Source of the DNA: an uncultured Acidimicrobiia bacterium
GTDB lineage: Bacteria; Actinomycetota; Acidimicrobiia; Acidimicrobiales; AC-14
Reading direction: 5' to 3'
Length of the DNA stretch: 64,000 bases
NCBI GenBank assembly: GCA_963836205.1
Contig: CAWIIV010000024.1
Location: 96,001-160,000, forward strand
Below are positions 19,408-30,978 of the stretch, one piece after another. Within the stretch, counting starts at the first letter, position 1. The number at the start of each line of letters is the position of its first letter. Both the position numbers and the translations under genes were made by a program. The notes beneath the pieces were generated by a model that saw only the letters and a list, made by a program, of their open reading frames with translations, searched no databases and was not told the origin of the DNA.

Positions 19408-22110
19408 CTATACTGGGCACCCCACAGCACGCAAAGCCGATTCCCGTGTTCGGATGTCACTGTGCTCCAACTGCTTCTGCAGTCGTGTACAACGGGATGT
19501 CGGCGTCGTCGTATTCACCGACGTGGCAACGGGCGGTGTGGTTGTTGTTGTAGTCGTTGAGAGGGTAGTGGTGGGACCCGCCGGGATGGACGTTGCTGTC
19601 GAACTGCCTGGGCTGGTAGCAACCGTTGTCGACGTAGTGCTCCCCGGCGGCGGACTACCGAAGCCCTGGATAGGCACGCCAGCGGTGCTGAATTTGACGC
19701 CTGTGCCAGTTTCGCATCCGGGAGGTCCGCATAGCTCAAGGCTGCCCACGAATCCGAATCCGAATAGACCACTTCGATACCGAAGTTCCCATGGCTGACC
19801 GCCGGCAGAGAACCGCACAGCAAGTACTTCCTGACCGGCGATAGTAGTCAGGCCAGCCTCTGTGATGGCCGTCGAAGGAATTGGTTGGCCACGGACGACG
19901 CCGGTCACGGTGCCGGTCGTTCCACCTGTGGTATTCGGGGAACCGGTCGCGTAGAGCGCCGACTCGTCGGTGTGGCCAGCGATAGTGAAGGGCACAGGAC
20001 GGAGTCCCCGAGATACCTGGACGCCTTCCTTGTCAACCACAGGAAATGGCGTCGGATCACAGACGTCACCAGTTCCGTCTCCATCATCATCTGCTTGGTC
20101 TGGATTGTTATCGTTCGGACAATTATCCAGTTCCTCAGGTATTTCGTCGCCGTCTATCGTAGCGCGAGCAATTGCCGTAGCTTCAGCGGTTAGGCCAGCC
20201 TCATCTGTTACGAACAACCCAACCATCCCGTCAAACGGGCTCGTGAAGACATGTGAAAGCGTCGGCGTAGTGGTTGTCTGGTCGTAAACAGCATCACCAT
20301 CGACATCCCACTCGTACTTCACAATCGCTCCATCATTGTCGAAGGATCCACTGCCATCTAATGTAACGGTGTCACCGACAGTCGTTAGGTACGGGCCATC
20401 GAGGAAGGCAAAGGGCCGACTAACGGCATCATTCACTATCTCCGTCAGTGCTGCCTCAATATCCTCTGGTGACGCAGACGGGATCACCCGACCGCCCGTC
20501 TCCCGCGCTACACGCTCCAGCTCCGGGCCGCCCGCTTGCCCGCTGGACGATACGTCGACTACATATACGTTGGCCGGATCGACCGCTCGTGCTGCAGCAA
20601 CTATGTCGGACGCAGTTAACCCGGTAATGGGCTCCGGATCAAGCGGTGGTGCGTCCCCCAGCTGGATAATGACCTTCTTGACCCCCGGGCGCCAGGGCAA
20701 ATCAATACCCGTCTTCAGGCCGGACCAGGCAGTTTCGGGCGTATCTCCTCCGTCGCCAAGATCAAGTCCCTGGATAGCGCGCTGAATGGAACTCTTGTCG
20801 TTCGAGAAGTTCAGGCGAATTCTCGCTGGGTAATCTCCAGATGAGCCCGTCCGCTCCGGAAAGTCGCGGTAGTCGACAACCGCAACTCGATAACTTGACG
20901 TTCGGAGCGATAAGTCATCGACGAACCGTGACGAGAACGCTTTTACGCCGTCGATGTCATCACCCATCGACCCGGTGGTATCGATCACGAATACGACGTC
21001 AATGCTCCCCTCGGGTGTGCCTCGCGGCGTCGGTTCTTCCAGGGCCGCAATTTTGCGAAGTATGTCGGCGTAAGCCTCATGTCCACGCGGATTCGGGTGA
21101 TACCACTCTGAAGTGATCCGAGTATCAAGAGCCTCATTAACCCATCGGTCAGGGTTACTACCGCTCGCCTCTGGCTCATGAGAAGGCGGGCCAGCGAATG
21201 CAGCCTTCACTTCCGAAAGACGGTAGAAGCCGCGTGTGCCGACTTCACTTCCAAGCACGCTATTGAAGACCGACCGTTGAATCTCATCTCCTCGTTCGCC
21301 AAGGCGGCGCACCTCTCGCCCAACGTCATAGCTGTCGCCCGTCAGGAGATTCGCGATAGTTAAGTCCTCATACCTTTCGAGGTAGGGATAGCCGAGCATA
21401 ACGATCTTGGTATCAGAGCGAGTCGCACCGATGATGCGCTCTAAGACGGAGACGAGATTGGCCCGGAACGTTGAGTTGAGCGTGTCATTGGCTTTCGTGA
21501 TTTGTTCACGACAACCGCCTGGGTCTCGGTATCCAATAATGAAACACTGCTTCACAATGCTCTCGAAACCGATATCGCTGCCGCCCAGCGTGAAGAGAAC
21601 AATGTCGTCGCTCCTACTCACAAGGTCGATCTGAGCTTTCAGCAATCGTCGGCAGCGAACAGTCGTCACATTGAGGCGCTCAACAAAGACCAGTCGCTCC
21701 TCCTCGGGGTATCCCGGCGAAGGACAAGTATGGCCGAGACCTAGGTGCAGAAAGGTTTCGACGCCCATGTCCCGCTCCTGTAGGACGTGAACCGACTCGG
21801 CGCCGCTACATGCATGATTGAGTGCGCTTACGCTGAACTTTGACTTTAGCGAGTCAGTGTACTGTGCGAACCAGTTCGCTGTACTTCGGAAGCATTTCCC
21901 CGGGCCATAGTACTCCTCGCCCCGAATACCAGAGCGGGCTCCGTTTCCAGCAGAGTACGAATCTCCAATTAGATGCAGCCTAAGAGGTTGTTTCGGCTCG
22001 GCGGATGCCTCCTCGGCAACGACGGTTGAGGCCAGGGTAGATAAGATGAGCGTCAAGCAACAAGCAATGGCTGTCCAAGCTAATGGCCGCCTATAGTAGA
22101 CATTCTTCAT
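19408..22110 (-). CDS. Secreted SGNH/GDSL hydrolase-vWA-PKD-TSP3-like protein with Thr-rich tail
   Basis: Signal peptide; GDSYSAG and HPN; MIDAS DTTGSM; YEWDVDGD; DNCP...NPDQADDDGDGTGDVCD. Lower GC than flanks. Confidence 0.82.
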   Translation of the reverse strand: MKNVYYRRPLAWTAIACCLTLILSTLASTVVAEEASAEPKQPLRLHLIGDSYSAGNGARSGIRGEEYYGPGKCFRSTANWFAQYTDSLKSKFSVSALNHACSGAESVHVLQERDMGVETFLHLGLGHTCPSPGYPEEERLVFVERLNVTTVRCRRLLKAQIDLVSRSDDIVLFTLGGSDIGFESIVKQCFIIGYRDPGGCREQITKANDTLNSTFRANLVSVLERIIGATRSDTKIVMLGYPYLERYEDLTIANLLTGDSYDVGREVRRLGERGDEIQRSVFNSVLGSEVGTRGFYRLSEVKAAFAGPPSHEPEASGSNPDRWVNEALDTRITSEWYHPNPRGHEAYADILRKIAALEEPTPRGTPEGSIDVVFVIDTTGSMGDDIDGVKAFSSRFVDDLSLRTSSYRVAVVDYRDFPERTGSSGDYPARIRLNFSNDKSSIQRAIQGLDLGDGGDTPETAWSGLKTGIDLPWRPGVKKVIIQLGDAPPLDPEPITGLTASDIVAAARAVDPANVYVVDVSSSGQAGGPELERVARETGGRVIPSASPEDIEAALTEIVNDAVSRPFAFLDGPYLTTVGDTVTLDGSGSFDNDGAIVKYEWDVDGDAVYDQTTTTPTLSHVFTSPFDGMVGLFVTDEAGLTAEATAIARATIDGDEIPEELDNCPNDNNPDQADDDGDGTGDVCDPTPFPVVDKEGVQVSRGLRPVPFTIAGHTDESALYATGSPNTTGGTTGTVTGVVRGQPIPSTAITEAGLTTIAGQEVLAVRFSAGGQPWELRYRSGLFGFGFVGSLELCGPPGCETGTGVKFSTAGVPIQGFGSPPPGSTTSTTVATSPGSSTATSIPAGPTTTLSTTTTTTTPPVATSVNTTTPTSRCTRLQKQLEHSDIRTRESALRAVGCPV

Positions 22111-22202
22111 CGAGCGCAAGCCTTTCACCGGCCAGAGGGCCATCGGGCTATTCCCTTCGTTGCAAGGTAGTCAGGGTGACTTGTGGTAAGCTGATTACAA
22201 TT

Positions 22203-22667
22203 ATGAAGCAGCAGTTTGGCCGCGTAGGCGTCTTTTTGGCCGCACTTATCGCGATCGGTACGGCCGGTGCGATCGGTTTCGCGATTATCGCTCGCGAGCG
22301 CCCGGCAGGGCCCGAGCTGCGGGTGCTGCAGAACGACCCGATGGCCTCTTGGACTCCACCAGGGGTCGTAGCCGGCTCGGAGGCGAGGACGGAAGAAGGA
22401 GCTGAGCAAGGGCTACTAAAGCCACGCTTAGCCAAGATCCGTCGAACAATGGCTGTCGAATCCGTCGAGGGCATTGTCGATGTGGCTGCAATCGCGGCGG
22501 AGGCGGCCGGGTGGCGAATTGAGAGCGTTAGAGACGACACCCTTCTAGCATTTAGGCCGGTCAGCGATTCAGGCACAGACCTCGGAACGGCGGCCTTGGA
22601 CATCGTTGCCATTAGCGCAACTGTGGACGAGCGGGCGCGGCTCGTGATCCAATTGCGGAAGCTGTAG
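22203..22667 (+). CDS. Hypothetical membrane-anchored or secreted protein
   Basis: N-terminal hydrophobic helix; divergent from the SGNH gene; lower GC. Confidence 0.6.
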   Translation: MKQQFGRVGVFLAALIAIGTAGAIGFAIIARERPAGPELRVLQNDPMASWTPPGVVAGSEARTEEGAEQGLLKPRLAKIRRTMAVESVEGIVDVAAIAAEAAGWRIESVRDDTLLAFRPVSDSGTDLGTAALDIVAISATVDERARLVIQLRKL

Positions 22668-23148
22668 TCAACCGGCACGCCGTTTCCTGCCTCGCCGCCG
22701 AGACCCCCGCCCGGTTGGGCAAGTTCTAGGCGAGCGAGATCATCAGCGTCAAGCGTGCGCTGGGAGAGATAGGAGCAGCCGCGGAGGTCGCGATCCGCGA
22801 GCAGGGTGGGTGACGTTCGCTGGCGCCACGGATGAGCCTCGCCCGGGCGTCAACCTCCGACTGAATGGTGCCGGGCGTCCTAGAGGCCGGAGAGCCGTCC
22901 CCTGACCGACCGTCGGTGTTGGGTTCCCCCGCCTAGGCGTGGCTAGTGCTGGACATCGCACTACGCTGCGACCAGGTCCCGTCAGATCGCGGGTTGTTGA
23001 GGGAGTAGCTGTCCGGCGGCGGCTACGGTCTTTCAGAACCGCAACTTTTCAGGTCGCCAGGGTTGGCGCGGCGTCGTGCACCAGACCTTGACCCCTCGCC
23101 GGGCGGCTGGTGAGATGGCTCATGCACGAGCAAGGAGGTTCTGTCCCG

Positions 23149-23451
23149 ATGGAGACCTCGTCCGCGGCCCCGGGAGGAGAGGTCCGCTCTCCCACCCTCC
23201 CCCTGCCGCCGCCCAAGGCGGACAAGATCACGATGGAAGAGTTCATCGAGGGCGCCACACGAGCCGTCCTGAGGGCCTTGACATCGGAACTCAACCCGCA
23301 GCCGCTCCCTCCGAAGGGAACGCCGCTGGCCGGAGAGGGCGGGGAGGCGTCCGGCTTGACCCGTCTCAATCCGCAGCCATTACCGCCGATCACCATCGGG
23401 CTGACCATCATGCCTTCCGAGATCGCGGAGCCCCGCGCCCACAAAGCCTGA
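23149..23451 (+). CDS. 100-aa protein with two LNPQPLPP motifs
   Basis: AAGGAGG RBS; the motif is repeated using different synonymous codons. Confidence 0.7.
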   Translation: METSSAAPGGEVRSPTLPLPPPKADKITMEEFIEGATRAVLRALTSELNPQPLPPKGTPLAGEGGEASGLTRLNPQPLPPITIGLTIMPSEIAEPRAHKA

Positions 23452-23456
23452 GGACG

Positions 23457-23888
23457 ATGGGCCAGCCGCACATCCCGCTGTGCCCGAGCGCCCCGCCCGA
23501 CCTGGAGGGCAGCGTCCTCATCGGCGTGGTGGGCGGGTCCCGGGAGCCCGGTGTCGTGGCGTACCTGGCCGAACCCCAGCCCGTCACCGCCGATCTCCTG
23601 GCCCACGCCGGTCCGCTCCGGCCGCAGTCGGTGTTCCGGTTCGCGGCGCCATGCCAGGCGGCGTGCGCTCACCGAGACGGTGCCGACTGCCGGCTCGGTC
23701 GCAAGATCGTCGACCTCCTCCCACCCGTGGTCGAGGTGCTTCCGCCGTGCGCGATCCGGTCGCGTTGCCGCTGGTGGGGACAGGAGGGCCGGGCCGCGTG
23801 CATGCGATGCCCGGCCATCGCCACCGAGCCATCGAACGCGACCGACAGTTTGCGACGAGCCGCCGATCCCGAGGTGCTACCTCGCTGA
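23457..23888 (+). CDS. Cys-rich (8 Cys) hypothetical protein
   Basis: CPSA, FRFAAPCxxxC, CxIRxxCRW, QEGxxACxRC; begins 5 nt after the upstream stop. Confidence 0.75.
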   Translation: MGQPHIPLCPSAPPDLEGSVLIGVVGGSREPGVVAYLAEPQPVTADLLAHAGPLRPQSVFRFAAPCQAACAHRDGADCRLGRKIVDLLPPVVEVLPPCAIRSRCRWWGQEGRAACMRCPAIATEPSNATDSLRRAADPEVLPR

Positions 23889-23898
23889 CGGAACTTCG

Positions 23899-26800
23899 TC
23901 AGCCCGGGATGACCAACGCGTGGGCGACGCCGGCGGAGATGGACCGCACGGCCGTGATGTCGGGGGTCGCGACCGGGGTGTGGCGGTCGATCGTCGTTCC
24001 GTCGCCGAGTTGGCCGAAGGTGTTCCATCCCCACGAGACCACCGAACCGTCCTGCCGGACGGCGTGGGAGTGATAGCCGCCGGCCGCCACTGACGCGATC
24101 CCGGCCGCGGCGGGCACGGCGGCGGGGGTGGGAGACGAGGTCGTCCCGGCCCGGCCGAGTTGGCCGGCGTTGTTGTAGCCCCACGACCAGACCGTCCCGT
24201 CCGACCGGACGGCGACGGTGTGGCCGATGCCCGCCGAGACCGACCGGACGCCGGTGAGGCCGACGACGGTGACCGGGGCGGGCCGGTCGGTGGTGGTGCC
24301 GTCGCCCACCTGGCCGAGGGCGTTCCATCCCCATCCCGCGACCGTCTCGTCGGCGCGGACGGCGAAGGAGTGGTAGCCACCGGCGGCGATCGACGTGATC
24401 CCGATGAGGCCGGGGACCGGTGTGGGCGTGGCTACCACGATCGGACCACCGGTGCCCGTCTGGCCCACGTGGTTGTAGCCCCACGCCCAGACCGTGCCGT
24501 CGGACCGTAGGGCCAGGTTGTGGGTCGCCCCCGCCGTTACCGCCACGACGCCGGTGAGGCCGACCACCTTGATCGGGACCGCGCTGTCGGCCGTGGTGCC
24601 CGTCCCCAGTTGCCCGTAGGCGTTCCACCCCCATGCCCACACCGTGCCGTCGGACCTGAGGGCCAGTGAGTGGAAGACGCCGGCCGACACCGCCTCCACG
24701 CCGGTCAGGCCGGGGACGGCCGCCGGCGACGACCGGTTGGCCGTGGCGCCCGTCCCCAGTTGTCCGACGTGGCCCAGGCCCCACGACCAGACCCCGCCGC
24801 CCACCACGGCCAGCGAGTGGAACCCGCCGGCGGCGACGGACGTGGCCCCGGTCGGCCCCACGGCGACCGCGGCCGGCCGGGCCGTCGTCGAACCGTCGCC
24901 CACCTGGCCGTAGCCGTTGAACCCCCATGCCCGGGCCGGGGCCGGCACCGGCACCGTGGTGCTCGTGGTGGTCGTCGTCGAGGAGGACGACGTGGGCGTC
25001 GATGTCGACGTGGTGACCGGCGGTGGGGGCGTGGGTTCGCCGGCCCCCTCGAGGAGCCACACCCGGTTGGCGACGAGGTCGGAGAGGTACAGGTCGCCGT
25101 CGACGTCGACGGCCAGGCCGGAGGCGTACACGGGTACCGACGTGGGGTCGACCGTCGCCCCGCCCGGCCCCTGGCCCAACTCCCCGTTTCCTGCGACGGT
25201 CGAGATGATCCCGTCCGTCCCGACCTTGCGCACCCGGCGGTTGGCGGAGTCGAAGAAGAAGAGGTTGCCGGCACCGTCGACCGTGGCCGTGGAGACGGGC
25301 GCGTGCAGCTCCCATCCCAGGTCGAGGTCGGCCTCCAGGGCGGGGCCGCCGTCGCCCGCGAAACCCTTGGTCCCCGACCCGGCGAGGGTGGAGATGGTGC
25401 CGTCGGCGAGGGAGACGACCCGCACCCGGTGGGACAGGGAGTCGAGCACGAGCACGCCGCCGGTGCCGTCGAGGGCCATGGCGACGGGCTGCATGGCCGC
25501 CTCGGTGGCGGGAATCCCGTCGTCGAAGCTCGTCCCGCCGCCGGCGATGGTCGTGATCTCGCCGTCGGTGCCGACTCGGCGGATGCGTTGGTGGGCCATG
25601 TCGGACAGGTAGCCGACGCCGTCAGCGTCGATGGCCATGCCCGAGACGGCGATGCTGACGTCGGTGGCGGGCCGGCCGTCCTCCGGGTCGGGGGCGTACC
25701 AGCCGGCGCCCGCCCACGGCCAGGTCACCCCGTCGGGGTCGATCCGGCGGACGGTGTTCCACTGCGTTCCGACGACGACGTACTGAGACCCGTCGGGCCC
25801 GAAGGTGACCGCCTGGGGTCGGAAGTCGCGATCGAGCATGCCCTGGACGCGGCCGTCGGCCGTCGACCGGATCGTCCCGCCGGGCGTGACGCGGCGCACG
25901 CGGCCGTTGCCGGTGTCGGCCACGAGCAGGTTGCCGTCCTCGCCGAAGGCGAGGCCGCGCGGGCCGGAGAGTTGGGCCCGCACTGCGGGACCGCCGTCGC
26001 CGCCGAGAGAGATGGTCCCGTTGCCGGCAACGGTGGAGATCACGCCGTCGGGAGCGATGCGGCGGGTGCGACGACGGCCGGCCTCGGCCACGTACAGGTT
26101 GCCCGCCCCGTCGAGGGCGACGCCCCATGGCTGGAGGGCAACGCCCCGAGCCTGGTCGCCGTCGTGGGGTGCGACCTCGGTGCCGGCCTGGGTGACCACC
26201 CACTGACCGTTGCCCCCGATGGTCGACAGGTAGCCGGAGGGGTCGAGCCGACGGACCCAGCGGTGGTCGCTCAGGTAGAGGTTGCCGGCGCCGTCGGCGA
26301 CGATCCCCGAGCCGGCCACCGGGATCTGGATGCCGGGACCCTCGGCGCCGTACTCCCGGTTGCCGTTGCCGACGATCGTCGTGATCGTGCCGAAGGTGTC
26401 GACCCGGCGGATGCGGCCGCCGTCCTGGAGGTAGAGGTTCCCGGCGGGATCGAAGGCGAGGGCCCCCGGGCCGGAGAGTCGGGCCTTCGGTGGCGGGGCC
26501 GCCGTCGCCGGCAAAGGCCGACGACCCGCCCACGCCGACCGCGGCCACGACCCGTCCCGACAGGTGGTCGACCTTGCGCACGCGGGTGGGGTAGTCGGAG
26601 AAGTAGACGTCGCCGTTCGGGGCGATGGCCACGCCGAGGGGCATGACCCACGCCTCGGTGGCGAGCACCCCGTCGTCCCGGGTGGATCCACCGCCGGCCA
26701 CGGTGGTGATGAAGCCGGCGGTGTCGACCCGCCGGATCCTCCCCCCGTAGTAGTCGCCGATGAACAGGTTGCCGGCGGGGTCGAAGGCGAGGCTGAACGG

Positions 26801-27143
26801 GTCGTTCAGGGTGGCGGCCACGGCCGGCCCGCCGTCGCCGTCGAGTGCCGGGACGGCCGGTGCCGACGACGACCTCCTCGTGGCCGGTGGCGAGGTCGAT
26901 GGCCCGGACGACGTGGTTGGCCCGGTCGGCCAGGTAGAGACGACCGTCCCACTGGGCCAGCCCGTAGGCGTCCTGGGCCACGTTCGGACCGGGGCCCGAC
27001 CCCAACGATCCGGCGTGGACCACGAGCTCGCCCTCGGCCGCGGCCGCGGGCGAGAGGGGGGCGCCGACCAGCCCGAGGGCCGCGACGAGGACGGCGAGGG
27101 CCGTCCAGACAGACATCACCTGGCGATTCCGCCGTTGTCGCAC
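23899..27143 (-). CDS. Secreted NHL-repeat plus RCC1-repeat protein, frameshifted near 26850 and 26480
   Basis: Signal peptide; GDGGPA/TIAGNG NHL repeats; Thr/Ser linker; WGxNxxGQLG RCC1 repeats; spread over three frames. Confidence 0.8.
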
Positions 27144-27262
27144 ACCGTCGCCTATCGGTCGTCGCCGCCCCCGACTTGACCCATTCCGCTCAAGGCGGGG
27201 TCCGCGGGGGTCGATGCCAGACGAGACCCTGATCGGAGGACGGCGTGCTGGCGAAGTCGAGA

Positions 27263-30200
27263 ATGCCCCTGTTCCGCGGCGCGGTGATCGGCGCGCTCGT
27301 GGCCGTCACCGGGCTACCCGTCGTGGCGGTGGCGACGGCGATCTCGACGGCCGCGGTCGCGGCCGCGGCCACGCCCGTCGTGGGTACCGTCCTGACCTCG
27401 TTCCGGCCGGGCGCCGACGACGCCGCCCGGGCCCTCGCCGACCCCGGTGACGGGTACGTGGTCGTGGCCGGCGACGCGGGCGGCGACTTCGGCGTCACCC
27501 GGGTCAACTTCGCCGCCGGCCTGGCCGACCCGTCCTTCGGCGGCGACGGCCAGGTGACCACCGACTTCGGGGGACGCCCGGACGTGGCCAACGCCGTCGC
27601 TTCCGGCCCCTCCCGGACGACCGTGGCCGCGGGCAACGACCGGCGGCGACCTGGCCGTCGCCCGCTACGACCCCTCCGGCGCCCTCGACCGCGCCTTCGG
27701 CACCGAAGGACGGGTCGTCGTCGATCTGGGCGGCTCCGACGACGCCGCCTACGCGGTCACCGCCCCCCTCGGGGGCACAGGTCGTCGTCGCCGGGGGCAA
27801 CGCCGGCTCGATGGTCGTGCTCCGCCTCGCGACCGACGGCTCGCCCGACGCCTCGTTCGGCGCCTCCGGCCGGGCCGTCGTCCCCTTCGCGCACCCGCCC
27901 GGGCCCTCGTCACCCAGCCCGACGGCCGGCTCGTCGTGGCCGGCGGGGGCCCGTCCGGCATCGGCGTCGCCCGGCTCACCGCCGCCGGCACGCTCGACCC
28001 CACCTTCGGGTCCGTCGGTGTGGCTCGCCTCGGCGCCGCCGGTACTACGGCCGGCGCCCTCGCCCTCCTCCCCGACGGACGGCTGCTGGTCGCGGGTGGC
28101 GCCGCCGGCAACGTCGTCCTCGCCCGCCTCCTGCCCGACGGGCTCCCCGACCCCACGTTCGGCATCAACGGCCTCGTGGCTGCGCCCGACTTCGGCCAGG
28201 ACGACACCGCCCGGGGCATCTCGGTCGACGCTGACGGCCGGCTGCGGGTGGTCGGCGACGCCGCCGGCGGGTCGGGGTTCTTCGCCACCTTCCTGCCGAG
28301 CGGAGCGCTGGACACGTCGATGGCCGGCGGCTTCCGGCGGACGCAGCCGCTCCGGGCCATCCAGCCCGTGATCGGCGGCGGATGGTACGTGGCCGGAACC
28401 CGCACCGGGTCCTACGACCAGGACTTTCTCCTGGCCCGGGCCGGATCGGACGGGTGGGTCAGCACCGGCCTCCTGTCGGGACCAGACTTCGGCGCCCCCG
28501 TCGAGCTGGCCCGTGGCGCGGTGCGGCTGCCCGACGGGCGCATCCTCGCCGCCGGTGAGACGAGCGGCTCCATCGGGCTCGTCCGCCACCTGGTCGACGG
28601 AACCCGCGATCCCGCCTTCGGCATCGGGGGACGGGTGGTGAGCGACCTGGCCTGGTTCCCGAGCGCGGTGGCCGTCCAGGCCGGCGGGCGCATCGTCGTG
28701 GCCGGCCACCGGGACGACGCCATGGCCCTCGTCGGCTTCCGTCCCGACGGCTCCCCCGACCCCACCTTCGGGACCAATGCCCGCACGCTCACCGATCTCG
28801 CCGGCTACGAGACGCCCACCGCCATCGTCGTGCTCCCCGACGGCGGGCTGCTGGTCGCCGGAACCACCTCCGACGGCAGCTTCCTCGCCCGCTACCTGCC
28901 CGACGGCCAGCCGGACCCGGGGTATGGCACGGGCGGCGTGGTCATGGGCTCGCTCGGCGTCGGGTGGGGGCCTGCCTCAGGCCGTCGTGCGCCAATCCGA
29001 CGGCAAGCTCGTCGCCGCCGGCTCCAACACCGTGCGGCGGGCCAACGCCGACGGCTCGACCGACACGGCGTTCGGCACGGCGGGCACGACCACGTTCGAG
29101 CCCCACGTCCTGCGGAACGCTTCCGCCCTCGCCCTCCAGCCCGACGGCCGCATCCTCGTCGGTGGCCGCTCGATCAGCGACGGCTTTGCCATCGTCCGCC
29201 TCCTCCCCAACGGGGTGATCGACGGGTCGTGGACAACCGTGCGGACCGAGTTCGCGGAGGAGAACGGCGGCTCGGGCCGGGTCGACGTGCTGCGGACGCT
29301 GCTCCCCGCGGCCGACGGCGGGGTCTTGGCGGTGGGCGGGGCCGGGATCTCCCGCTACCGGTCCGACGGCTCCCCCGACCCCGGCTTCGGCGGCGGCGGC
29401 CAGGCCCTGCTCCTCCCCGGCGACCGCGACGCCGTCGCCGCCTTCGTCGCCGGCGGGTTCGTCGTCAGCGTCGGCTCCGCCCGCAACGGTTCGCACCCGC
29501 CGGGGTTCGTGGTGATCACCACCAGGGTGCCGGTGGGAGGCCTGTTCCACCCCCTTCCGCCCACCCGCATCCTCGACACCCGCACGGGTCTGGGCATGAT
29601 CCACCCCACAGGGCCGGGCAAGCTGGCGGCCGGGCGGATGCTGTATCTGAAGGTCGCGGGGCGGGGCGGCGTGCCGATCTCAGGCGTGGGCGCAGTGGCG
29701 CTCAACCTCACCGCCACCGAGCCGACGGCGGGCAGCTTCGTCACCCTCTGGCCCGGCAACCGGGCCCAGCCCAACGCATCGAACCTCAACTTCTCCGCCG
29801 GCCAGACGGTGGCCAACTTGGCGGTGGTGCTGGTCGACAACGACGGGTCGATGCGGCTGGCCAACGCCGCCGGCGCGGTCCACCTCGTCGTCGACGTGGC
29901 CGGGTGGTATGGCGACGGCTCCGAGGTCGGCGGCCAGACCTTCCACCCGGTGGCGCCCAGCCGGGTCCTCGACACCCGGGACGGCAATGGGGCGCAGGCG
30001 GCCAAGGTGGGACCGGGCGGCGTGGTGAGCCTGCTGGTCGCGGGGCGGGGCGGCGTGCCCGCCAGCGGTGCCACCGCGGTGGTCATGAACCTCACCGTCA
30101 CCGAACCGACCGCGGGGAACTTCGTGACGGTGTGGCCGGCCGGCGAGGCTCTGCCCAACGCGTCCAACGTCAACGTCGTCGCCGGGCAGACGCGGGCCAA

Positions 30201-30687
30201 CCTGGTGATGGTGCCGATCGGTGCCGGCGGAAGGGTCTACCTCTACAACTTCAACGGGTCGGCCCACCTGATCGCCGACGTCGCCGGCTGGTTCAGCAGC
30301 CCGGCCGACATCGACGGCCGGCCGCTCCACGCGGTGGTGAGCCCGACCCGCATCCTCGACACCCGGGTCGGCAACGGGGCTTCCCTGGCCAAGGTCGGCT
30401 CGGGGGCCACCCTCGCCCTCCAGGTCACCGGCCGGGGGGGCCTGCCGGCGACGGGCGTGACCGCGGTGGTCCTCAACGTGACCGTGACCGACGCCACCCA
30501 GGCCGGCTTCGTCACCGCCTACCCGTTCGGCGGGGCCCGCCCCAACTCCTCCAGCCTCAACTTCACCGCCGGCGACACCGTCCCCAACCTGGTCGTGGTG
30601 CCCGTGGGCCCCGGGGGCGTGGTGAACCTCTACAACCGCACGGGCACGACGAACCTGATCGCCGACGTGGCCGGCTGGTTCGGGTAG
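27263..30687 (+). CDS. Secreted delta-60-repeat beta-propeller with three C-terminal PTRILDTR modules, about 4 frameshifts
   Basis: LDPTFGxxG and PDGRILVAG repeats; three RILDTR...DVAGWF modules; frame changes near 27640, 27780, 27895 and 28968. Confidence 0.78.
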
Positions 30688-30978
30688 GCGCCGGGCAGGG
30701 GACTTGCACGGGGTGGATCACGATCCGCTGGCCCACAGCGTCCGCCACGTGCTCGGTGGAGCGACCACAGGAGGCGGTCATCGCGCGCCGCGGCCACGAG
30801 GGCGCCCGTGTCATACGTGAGTCCGTCGGCGTTCCTGGCGATGGACAGGTCAAGGGCAGGAGGTCGACGTCGTCGTCGGAGAACCGCCATCGACGCTGAC
30901 GAGAGCGAGTGCCTCGTGCTGCGCCTGGGCGATACGCATGCGCTCAGGGTGGTCGCCTAACCGATGAGTTTCGGGGGA

